Below are positions 1 through 7,709 of a DNA stretch of 64,000 bases, one piece after another. How positions within the stretch are numbered: the stretch's first letter is position 1; each line of letters begins with the position of its first letter. The notes under the pieces were generated by a model. The model searched no databases. It was given only the letters and a program-made list of their open reading frames with translations, and was not told the origin of the DNA. This DNA is from an uncultured Eubacteriales bacterium (GTDB lineage Bacteria; Bacillota; Clostridia; Oscillospirales; QAKW01), in the NCBI GenBank assembly GCA_964428505.1, contig CAYRYQ010000001.1:34446-98445 (forward strand). The letters are read 5' to 3'. Position numbers and translations under genes: made by a program.

Positions 1-5
1 AGCAG

Positions 6-311
6 TTGGGGCTTCCTTATCCGATGATGGAGGCCAAGGGATATTTAAGCCCGGTGCTTTCCATTCAGTGCGACTATAAGTTGTCCGCCCATTTTGGTGA
101 AATCGTTGAAATACGCCCGGTCATTGCAGAATTCGGCAATGTGCGCTTCTGTTACCGCTATCAGGTGTTGAACCATGAAACCGGCGCCCTGCTCGCCGCG
201 GGGGAGACCACCCACTGCTTTATCGATCGGGAAGGACGGGTTCTTCCACTGAAGCGCAAGGATCCGGCGCTGTTCGCCGCTTTGAAGGCCGCGGCAGAAA
301 CTGATTCCTAA
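6..311 (+). CDS. hotdog-fold acyl-CoA thioesterase (YbgC/4HBT-like), probably 5'-truncated by the window edge
   Basis: The frame stays open to the left edge. The C-terminal residues (CYRYQVLNHETGALLAAGETTHCFIDREGRVLPL) resemble YbgC/FadM-type thioesterases. A hairpin terminator follows. Confidence 0.5.
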   Translation: MGLPYPMMEAKGYLSPVLSIQCDYKLSAHFGEIVEIRPVIAEFGNVRFCYRYQVLNHETGALLAAGETTHCFIDREGRVLPLKRKDPALFAALKAAAETDS

Positions 312-355
312 AAAGGAGCTGTTGCAAAATTTTCGTTTTGCAACAGCTCCTTTTT
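311..355. terminator. bidirectional rho-independent terminator between convergent genes
   Basis: Inverted repeat aaaaggagctgttgcaaaa / ttttgcaacagctcctttt with a 6-nt loop. An A-run lies on one side and a T-run on the other. Confidence 0.8.
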
Positions 356-359
356 ACAC

Positions 360-1718
360 TCAAACCATCTTTTGGGGATCCACCCACCGGTCAAATTCCT
401 CTGCGGTTACCAAGCCGCTTCTTTGGGCAGCCTCCCGCAGAGAAAGCCCGTGCTGATATGCGTCATGGGCAATTTTTGCCGCCGCTTCATAACCGATTTT
501 GGGGGAAAGGCAGGTGACCAGCATCAAAGAATGGGAAAGATTTTCTTCCATCCGGGCCCGGTTTGCCTTGAGCCCCTGCAAACAATGGCGCGTGAAGGAC
601 CGCATGCCGTCGGCCAGTAACCGCACCGATTGCAAAAAATTATAGGCGCAGACCGGCATAAAGACATTCAGCTGGAAATTACCCTGACTGGCGGCGATCC
701 CCACTGCCACGTCATTTCCCATCACCTGCACTGCCACCATTGTCAGCGCCTCGCACTGCGTTGGATTGACCTTTCCGGGCATGATGGAGCTGCCCGGTTC
801 GTTTTCCGGAATGGTTATCTCCCCGATGCCGCAGCGCGGTCCGCTGGCCAACCACCGGACATCATTGGCAATCTTCATCAGGTTTGCCGCCAGGGCCTTC
901 AGGGCACCGTGGGCAAACACCAGCGCATCCTTGGAAGAAAGGGCGTGAAATTTATTCGGGTCCGGCTGAAAATCAAGGCCGGTCATCCGGCTAAGCTGCC
1001 CGCAAACAGCCTGATCAAAGCCCGCCGGTGCGTTAAGACCGGTTCCCACCGCCGTGCCGCCGATCGCCAGCTGGGAAAGCGGGCCGGTAACCGCCGCCAG
1101 CATCCGTTTGTTTTCCGCAAGCATGGCGCGCCAGCCGCTGATTTCCTGTGAAAACCGCAGCGGTGTTGCATCCTGCAAATGGGTGCGGCCGATTTTGATG
1201 ATCTCTTTGTTTTCCTCTTCCAACCGGGCAAGAACCCCCTCCATCTGTTCCAGCGCCGGCAGCAGCTGATGATGGAGGGCTTCCACTGCTGCAATATGCA
1301 TCGCGGTAGGGAAGGTATCGTTGGAGCTTTGCGCACAATTGACCTGATCGTTTGGGTGCAGCGGGACGCCCTGCTCCGCCGCCAAATGAGCCAGCACTTC
1401 ATTGACGTTCATATTGGTCTGCGTTCCGCTGCCGGTCTGCCAGACCGCCAAAGGAAACTGATCGGCATAGCCACCGGCCAGAACGGCCTCGCAGCCGGAG
1501 ACAATCGTCTGCTGCTGCTGTTCTGTCAGCGCGCCCCGGGCTCCATTGACCAGTGCACAGGCTTTTTTGAGCAGCATAAACGCCCGCATGATTTCCGCCG
1601 GCATTTTTTCATCCCCGATTTTAAAATGCTCTAAGCTCCGCTGCGTTTGCGCGCCCCATTTTTTATCCGATTCCACTTGGATCTCTCCCATGGAGTCCCT
1701 CTCAAGCCGATAGGACAT
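360..1718 (-). CDS. fumC: fumarate hydratase class II
   Basis: 452 aa. N-terminus DSMGEIQVESDKKWGAQTQRSLEHFKIG and signature GSSIMPGKVNPTQCEALTM are typical of FumC rather than aspartase. AAGGAG RBS. Confidence 0.9.
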   Translation of the reverse strand: MSYRLERDSMGEIQVESDKKWGAQTQRSLEHFKIGDEKMPAEIMRAFMLLKKACALVNGARGALTEQQQQTIVSGCEAVLAGGYADQFPLAVWQTGSGTQTNMNVNEVLAHLAAEQGVPLHPNDQVNCAQSSNDTFPTAMHIAAVEALHHQLLPALEQMEGVLARLEEENKEIIKIGRTHLQDATPLRFSQEISGWRAMLAENKRMLAAVTGPLSQLAIGGTAVGTGLNAPAGFDQAVCGQLSRMTGLDFQPDPNKFHALSSKDALVFAHGALKALAANLMKIANDVRWLASGPRCGIGEITIPENEPGSSIMPGKVNPTQCEALTMVAVQVMGNDVAVGIAASQGNFQLNVFMPVCAYNFLQSVRLLADGMRSFTRHCLQGLKANRARMEENLSHSLMLVTCLSPKIGYEAAAKIAHDAYQHGLSLREAAQRSGLVTAEEFDRWVDPQKMV

Positions 1719-1828
1719 ACTTTCATAGCTCCTTATTTCTTTTTTGTTTTATTATACGGGATTTTTCTTGTTGTTTCAAGCTTCTTGTGCTATAATCATA
1801 ACAATAACTGTAGAAAGGATCACGCACG

Positions 1829-2947
1829 ATGCAACCTGCTTCTGTTTATTTTGCCGATTTCCGCGCCAGCGGACGAGAAAACCTGCTTCAAAAATTAAAG
1901 CGCTTGTGTATAACGGCGGGGATAAAATCAATTGATTTTAACAATAAGTATACCGCCATCAAGATCCATTTCGGTGAATTGGGAAACCTTGCCTTTCTGC
2001 GGCCCAATTACGCGCGTGTGGTGGCGGATCTGGTCAAGGAGCTGGGCGGAAAGCCGTTTCTGACCGACTGCAACACCCTTTATGTGGGCAGCCGTAAGAA
2101 TGCGCTGGACCATCTTGAAACCGCCTATCTGAATGGATTCAATCCGTATGCCACCGGCTGCCATGTGTTGATTGCAGACGGCCTGAAGGGGACCGATGAG
2201 GCGCTGGTTCCGGTAAACGGTACCTATGTCAAGGAAGCCAAAATAGGGCGCGCGATCATGGACGCGGATGTTCTTGTTTCTTTGAATCATTTTAAAGGGC
2301 ACGAAAATACCGGCTTTGGCGGAGCACTCAAAAACCTTGGCATGGGCTGCGGCTCCCGGGCCGGAAAAATGGAAATGCACAGTGATGGAAAGCCCTATGT
2401 CCGCACCAAAAAATGTATCGGCTGCCATGCCTGCGCTCGGATCTGCGCCCATGACGCCCCACAATTCGATGCAGACAACAAGGCCTCCATTGATCAGGCA
2501 CGCTGTGTGGGCTGCGGCCGCTGTATCGGGGTCTGCCCCGCCGACGCGGTTGTTCCGGGCAACAGTAGCTCCAACGATCTTTTAAACTGTAAAATTGCGG
2601 AATATGGCAAGGCTGTTTTGGATGGGCGCCCTTCCTTTCATATCTCGCTGATCTGCGATGTATCCCCCAATTGTGACTGCCATTCTGAAAATGATGCGGC
2701 GATCATCCCCAATGTGGGCATGCTGGCCTCCTTTGACCCGGTGGCGCTGGATGTGGCCGCAGCAGATCTTTGCAACCGGCAGCCGGTGCTAAGCAGCAGC
2801 CATATCGGAGAACCGGCGCACGCGCATCCGGCCGGCACAGCCGATGTTTTTGCCCTGAATCATCCCGACACCAACTGGCGCACCTGCACGGAACATGCAG
2901 AACGGATCGGATTGGGGCAGCGCGCCTATACCCTGATTAAAATCTAA
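1829..2947 (+). CDS. DUF362 domain protein with 4Fe-4S ferredoxin-type cluster motifs
   Basis: 372 aa. N-terminal DUF362-like region, then CIGCHACARICAH and CVGCGRCIGVCP CxxCxxCxxxC motifs. Confidence 0.8.
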   Translation: MQPASVYFADFRASGRENLLQKLKRLCITAGIKSIDFNNKYTAIKIHFGELGNLAFLRPNYARVVADLVKELGGKPFLTDCNTLYVGSRKNALDHLETAYLNGFNPYATGCHVLIADGLKGTDEALVPVNGTYVKEAKIGRAIMDADVLVSLNHFKGHENTGFGGALKNLGMGCGSRAGKMEMHSDGKPYVRTKKCIGCHACARICAHDAPQFDADNKASIDQARCVGCGRCIGVCPADAVVPGNSSSNDLLNCKIAEYGKAVLDGRPSFHISLICDVSPNCDCHSENDAAIIPNVGMLASFDPVALDVAAADLCNRQPVLSSSHIGEPAHAHPAGTADVFALNHPDTNWRTCTEHAERIGLGQRAYTLIKI

Positions 2948-2958
2948 GGAGTGATTTT

Positions 2959-3186
2959 ATGTTCTTTTTTCGCTCCAAGGAACGAAAAGAACTGGATTTT
3001 TGTGTGCGCGAGATGAAAAATTACCTGGCCAACAATTATAAGGATCTGGCGCATCAATGCCGCCGGCTGCTGGGGGAAAAGAGCGATGCTTATTTTACTT
3101 CAGGCCACCTGACTCCAAAGCAGTACCATCGCTATCAGGCTGTTTTCCGGCATTATACCGCGCTGATGAAGGATTATCACCACTGA
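2959..3186 (+). CDS. hypothetical small protein (75 aa)
   Basis: Good RBS (taaggagtg) 7 nt upstream of the ATG, 11 nt after the preceding stop, and followed by a strong terminator. I recognise no family. Confidence 0.5.
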   Translation: MFFFRSKERKELDFCVREMKNYLANNYKDLAHQCRRLLGEKSDAYFTSGHLTPKQYHRYQAVFRHYTALMKDYHH

Positions 3187-3193
3187 AAAACTG

Positions 3194-3228
3194 GAGACCG
3201 CCCTCTTTTGAGGGCGGTCTCTTCATTT
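3194..3228. terminator. rho-independent terminator (convergent genes)
   Basis: gagaccgccctc tttt gagggcggtctc, a perfect 12-bp stem followed by a T-rich tail. Confidence 0.8.
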
Positions 3229-3234
3229 AATGCC

Positions 3235-4584
3235 TCATGCCGTTTTAAAACAGGGCTGCGCTCTTCGGATTAGAATTCCGTAGGCAAGCACAAAAAACAG
3301 CCCGGCCCCGACCCATGCGGAAGGGTTGGACCAACAAACGCCCAAAAATCCAAACAGGTGCGCCAGCAAAAAGGCCGCTATCATTCGCATCACCAGCTCG
3401 ATTCCACCGCCGATCATGGTCAACGCGCTGTGGCCCATTCCCTGCAGTGCGTTTCGATAACAAAAGATAGAGCCAAGCGCAATGTAAAAAAGCCCCTGGA
3501 AGAGCAGATACCGGCGCACATCTCCCACCAGCGCCGGCGTGACGTCTTTGGCATTCACAAACAGATAGGTGAGCGGCTCCGCCGTTGCCACCACAAAAAC
3601 AGCGCCCAGAACCGCATACCCTGTTAATACCAGCATCGACTGACGCACCCCGGTGCGAATCCGATCCAGGCGCCCCGCGCCATAATTCTGCCCGCAAAAG
3701 GTGGCAAGCCCGGTGCCAAGCGCCACCATCGCCTGGGAAGCCAGATTGTCAATTTTGTTTGCCGCCGTGTAAGCGGTGATCACCAGATCTCCCAGCCGGT
3801 TCAATGCCGTCTGCTGCGCCATCACCCCAATGCCGGTGATCGAAAACTGCAGCGCCATGGGCAGCCCAAGCCGGATAAACTGATACGCATAGTGGGGATC
3901 CCAACGAAAATCCGCTTTTCGGGGCCTCATGTGCGGGTATTTCACCAAAAATACAGCCATACTCGCGATTCCGGACAACGCCTGACTGATCACAGTCGCC
4001 AGCGCGGCGCCGCCCACCCCCCAATGAAATACCAGAATAAATAACAGCTCCAGTCCCACATTGAGAAAGGAAGCAATCACCAGAAAATAAAGCGGCGTCC
4101 GGGAGTCGCCCACGGCCCGCAGCAAAAAGGCCGCCATATTATATAGAACCGTGGCAAAGATTCCTTCATAGATGGTTACAATGAACCGATAGGAATAGGG
4201 AAAAATCGTGTCTGGAGTCTGCATCAGGCGCAAAAGCGGCGCAGCCGTCCACACCGCCAAAAGGGTAATCCCCACCGAAAAATACAGGCAGAGCTTCAAT
4301 GCTACCGCCACACTGCGCCGGGCGTCCTCCATGCGGCGTGCGCCGATATATTGGCTGGTTCGGATCGAAAATCCGGCCGTCAGCCCTTGCACAAAACCAA
4401 TGACCACAAAGCCGATCGCGCCGGTGGCTCCAACCCCCGCCAGCGCATGGGTCGAAATCGTCTGCCCCACAATTACCGTATCGACCATATTATAAAGCTG
4501 CTGAAAAATATTGCCGATCAGCAGCGGGACCGAAAACAGCAAGATCTGTTTCAACGGCTTCCCAACCGTTAAATTCTGCTCCAT
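3235..4584 (-). CDS. MATE family multidrug/toxin efflux transporter
   Basis: About 450 aa and polytopic. The N-terminus LLFSVPLLIGNIFQQLYNMVDTVIVGQ is the typical MatE motif. The ATG at 4584 is preferred because a GGAG sits 8 nt upstream; the ORF track starts at a GTG at 4593. Confidence 0.9.
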   Translation of the reverse strand: MEQNLTVGKPLKQILLFSVPLLIGNIFQQLYNMVDTVIVGQTISTHALAGVGATGAIGFVVIGFVQGLTAGFSIRTSQYIGARRMEDARRSVAVALKLCLYFSVGITLLAVWTAAPLLRLMQTPDTIFPYSYRFIVTIYEGIFATVLYNMAAFLLRAVGDSRTPLYFLVIASFLNVGLELLFILVFHWGVGGAALATVISQALSGIASMAVFLVKYPHMRPRKADFRWDPHYAYQFIRLGLPMALQFSITGIGVMAQQTALNRLGDLVITAYTAANKIDNLASQAMVALGTGLATFCGQNYGAGRLDRIRTGVRQSMLVLTGYAVLGAVFVVATAEPLTYLFVNAKDVTPALVGDVRRYLLFQGLFYIALGSIFCYRNALQGMGHSALTMIGGGIELVMRMIAAFLLAHLFGFLGVCWSNPSAWVGAGLFFVLAYGILIRRAQPCFKTA

Positions 4585-4784
4585 ACTTTGCACTCCGTTT
4601 CCCTGTTCTTGTATGCGCTATTATAACATGGATCACCTGCAAATACCATCTTTATTTTAAGGAAAATCTACGCAGAAAAGCTTCTGCCTGTGCCGATTAA
4701 AACGATTCTCCTTTTTTATAAATAGGGAAGACGGCCGCGCAGAAAATTCGGTGTCTTCCCGTTTTAGCTTGATCTCTCGCTTTT

Positions 4785-6664
4785 TTAAGAAACGGTCGTC
4801 TTTCTTTTCAGGGTTTTCCCGTTGACGAAATCCGGCTTCTTAGAAGGCCGCACCGGCAGATACACGATCAAAGCCGCAATTACCAGCGCCGCAAGGGTAC
4901 CATTCAGCGTTCCATGGCCGCCAAAAACGCTGCCCAGCTGATAAAGGATCAGCGCAACGGCATAAGCGAAAATGCACTGATAACCGATGGCAAACAAGGT
5001 CTACTTGGCGTTGTTCATTTCCCGCTTAATGGCACCCATTGCCGCAAAACGAGGCGCGCAGAGCAGGTTGAACACCAGGAAGGAATATGCCGACAGCGGT
5101 GTAAAGGCTGCTTGCCTGTTGGACCAAACCTGCCAGCCGTTTTCAAACCCAAAGTGCGCGGTAAACCAAATTAGCGTGGTGGCCAGCAGAATAATCGTGC
5201 CGGCCTTTTTGATAAACAACCAGCCGCGCTCCCACATCGACCGCAGAAGGTTTTCCACAGTGGGCCAGTGATAGGCCGGCAGTTCCATTACAAAAGGCGC
5301 CGGATCCCCCGCAAATCCCTTGGTTTTCTTCAGCATAATCCCGGACACCACAATGGCCGCAATACCAACAAAGTAGGCGCTGGGAGCCACCCACCAGGCC
5401 CCACCGAACATGGCGCCCGGGGTCAGCGCAATAATCGGCAGCTTGGCGCCACAGGGGATAAAGGTGGTGGTTATAATCGTCATTTTACGGTCTCGGTCAT
5501 TTTCGATGGTGCGAGAGGCCATAATGCCCGGAACCCCGCAGCCGGTGCCGATCAGCATCGGAATAAAGGATTTGCCGAAAAGGCCGAATTTACGGAAGAT
5601 CCGGTCCATCACAAACGCAATCCGGGCCATGTATCCGCAGGCTTCCAAAAAGGCTAAGAACAGAAACAACACCAGCATTTGCGGCATAAATCCAAGAACC
5701 GCGCCCACACCGGCCACGATCCCGTCCAGAATCAGGCCCTGCAGCCATTCCGCAGTATGCAGTTTTTTCAGCGCGCCGCCAAGCAGCACCGGAATCCCGA
5801 ACATCCAAACGCCATTATCCGCGGGGTCCGGCTCCTCAATCCCCGCCACTTTCTGATAAGTATCATAGGTAACCGGAATGGTTTCTCCACCTTTCCGCTG
5901 TCATCATAGAGATAGGCGGTGGTGGTAACGTTCGTTGGTAACAATGCTTTCCGCGTCATCGTCTAGCACCGTTTCCGCCGCCTGAATATCCTCTTCGATC
6001 TGCGCCGCCAGCTTTGGATCCAGCTGTAGCTGTTCCAACACCTTGACGTCCTGCTCAAAAATTTTGATGGCATACCAGCGCCGCTGTTCTGCGGGAAGGC
6101 GGTAAACGGCTGCTTCTTCAATATGCGCCAGCGCATGCTCCCGCGCCGCTGAACTTGTGCATCGGAACCTTTTTGTGGACATGGCCGCCGCAATTGCCGC
6201 TTCCGCCGCTTCAGTAACGCCGCTGCCCTTCAGCGCGGAAATTTCCACAACCTTACAGCCAAGTTCCCTTTCAAGCGCCGCCAAATTGATCCGGTCTCCC
6301 GCTTTTTCCAACACATCCATCATATTAATGGCCACCACAACGGGAAGACCCAGCTCTGTCAGCTGCGTGGTCAGATATAGATTTCGCTCCAGATTCGTGC
6401 CGTCCACAATGTTCAGAATGGCGTTGGGCCGCTGCAGAATCAAATCGTTTCTTGCCACGACCTCTTCCAGGGTATAGGGGGAAAGGGAATAGATACCGGG
6501 CAGATCCATCATCGTTACATCCGCGTGTTTTTTCAGCTTGCCCTCTTTCTTTTCCACCGTAACGCCCGGCCAGTTCCCGACAAATTGATTGGATCCGGTG
6601 AGGCATTGAACAAAGTGGTCTTTCCGCTGTTCGGATTGCCCGCAAGGGCGATCTTGATTTCCAT
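4785..6664 (-). pseudogene. feoB: ferrous iron transporter FeoB, disrupted (frameshifts, internal deletion, nonsense codon)
   Basis: The P-loop reading MEIKIALAGNPNSGKTTLFNA starts at the ATG at 6664. It falls out of frame with LTGSNQFVGNWPGVTVEKKEG at about 6602-6604. The frame breaks again at about 5915-5925 and about 5880. TAG at 5001-5003 replaces the expected Trp in NNAK*TLFAIGYQ. The pieces correspond to track ORFs 5904-6668, 5001-5849 and 4785-4997. Confidence 0.85.
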
Positions 6665-6689
6665 CCATTTTCCTCTCTTTCTTCTATAA

Positions 6690-6703
6690 TTAGCGTATGC
6701 TAA
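6690..6703. promoter_or_regulatory. TTAGC-N4-GCTAA palindromic motif copy (between feoA-2 and feoB)
   Basis: Sequence ttagcgtatgctaa has the same core as the centre of the 40-bp feo promoter palindrome. Confidence 0.3.
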
Positions 6704-6801
6704 CTAGATACCGTAAAAAATAGAGCATTCCCATTCCAATAGGGAGCAGTCCCGCCCTCTTTGTGTATTACCGGCCCACACCGCCATTAAGTGCCGCGCC
6801 C

Positions 6802-7021
6802 TTACTCCACCTCAATCATTCCTGCATCTGCTTTGCGGATCGAAAGCTCATATCCGCGCACCTGAACCTCCACCGGATCTCCCAGGGGTGCCACCTTCCG
6901 CACCCGGATCTCCACCTTTGGTAACACCCATATCCATGATCCGCCGTTTGACTGCGCCTTCCCCGTGCAGCTTTATCACAGTCACCGTATCGCCTACCTT
7001 TGCCTGTCTGAGTGTTTTCAG
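6802..7021 (-). pseudogene. feoA: second FeoA-family gene, disrupted (non-canonical CTG at the start position plus a frameshift)
   Basis: Translation (L)KTLRQAKVGDTVTVIKLHGEGAVKRRIMDMGVTKG shifts frame at about 6911-6917 into EIRVRKVAPLGDPVEVQVRGYELSIRKADAGMIEVE*. GGAGGA sits 6 nt upstream of CTG at 7019-7021, with no in-frame ATG, GTG or TTG there. No ORF of 60 aa or more appears in the track. Confidence 0.75.
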
Positions 7022-7044
7022 TGCCCTTCCTCCTTCCTTTCTGT

Positions 7045-7254
7045 TTATACCATGATTTTTAGAGCCATTTCCCGGCTGATGGCTACCCGCGCTTCCTTCA
7101 CATTAACGATCAGATTTCCGCCAATTTCAGAAATGATCGTTACGTTTCCGCCCGCAACAAAGCCCAAATTTTCCAGATGTTTGCGCTCCTCCGGGCGGCC
7201 GCCGATTTTTTTAATTCGGGCCTCTTTGCCAACGGACGCTAGAGTTAATGGCAT
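7045..7254 (-). CDS. feoA: FeoA family protein (intact copy)
   Basis: 69 aa from MPLTLASVGKEARIKKIGG...NLIVNVKEARVAISREMALKIMV, a typical FeoA SH3-like sequence. The RBS GGAAGGTGGA precedes the ATG at 7254. Confidence 0.85.
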   Translation of the reverse strand: MPLTLASVGKEARIKKIGGRPEERKHLENLGFVAGGNVTIISEIGGNLIVNVKEARVAISREMALKIMV

Positions 7255-7309
7255 CTTTGCTTCCACCTTCCTATCGTGCATCCAAATCGTCCGCACACGC
7301 GAACGCTTG

Positions 7310-7349
7310 TGATCATTTGTGGTTAGCGATTGCTAACCACAAATGATCA
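7310..7349. promoter_or_regulatory. perfect 40-bp palindrome (18-bp arms, 4-nt spacer), candidate repressor operator of the feo operon
   Basis: TGATCATTTGTGGTTAGC gatt GCTAACCACAAATGATCA. It overlaps the -10 hexamer and the predicted transcription start of the feo promoter. Confidence 0.6.
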
Positions 7350-7374
7350 TACGGGATTTCCCTCCATTTGTCAA
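7346..7374 (-). promoter_or_regulatory. sigma-A type promoter of the feoA-feoA-feoB operon
   Basis: On the minus strand, TTGACA (7374-7369), a 17-nt spacer, then TATGAT (7351-7346). It lies about 90 nt upstream of the feoA start. Confidence 0.6.
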
Positions 7375-7411
7375 TAGCCCGGAGGGAGATATGGCAATTT
7401 GCTTTTTTTAA

Positions 7412-7425
7412 TTAGCTTCCGCTAA
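7412..7425. promoter_or_regulatory. TTAGC-N4-GCTAA palindromic motif copy upstream of the feo -35
   Basis: Sequence ttagcttccgctaa lies about 40 nt upstream of the -35 hexamer. Confidence 0.3.
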
Positions 7426-7656
7426 CTCCTATTTGTTGCTTTTGCCCTGTTTCAAGAAGCCACCAGGGGCCAAAACTGCCGCAATCCAATGGAAGGCCCA
7501 CCAAAAAGCAGCCATAAAAATGGGGAAACCATAAACCCCCACCGAAAAAAACATGCAGCAAAAAGGAATCCATCGTTTGTTGCACCCTCAAAAAGCGAAA
7601 CCGCTTCCTAACGGCTTGGGCAAAAATTTTGTTTTTAAAAAACGGCCGACAACAGC

Positions 7657-7696
7657 AAAAGGGGCGGAACGCGCCAAACAGCGCGTCCGCCCCTTT
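7657..7696 (-). terminator. rho-independent terminator downstream of ppdK
   Basis: ggggcggaacgcg ... cgcgtccgcccc stem with one bulge. It is flanked by an A-run and a T-run, so it is usable on both strands. It lies 14 nt after the ppdK stop. Confidence 0.75.
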
Positions 7697-7709
7697 AAAA
7701 GACTTCAAA

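Noticed and set aside
5001-5003. In-frame TAG in feoB considered as pyrrolysine or read-through
   Set aside because: The codon sits where FeoB homologs, as I recall them, have Trp (TGG to TAG is a single transition). The gene carries several other frameshifts and a deletion, and nothing in the window suggests Pyl machinery.
7412-7573. Possible 53-aa small protein (MDSFLLHVFFGGGLWFPHFYGCFLVGLPLDCGSFGPWWLLETGQKQQIGVSGS) between the ppdK terminator and the feo promoter
   Set aside because: There is only a weak GAGGGTG 9 nt upstream, no recognisable family, and an odd composition. The longer track ORF (7412-7783) simply reads through the ppdK 3' end. The evidence is insufficient to call a gene; Ribo-seq could revisit this.
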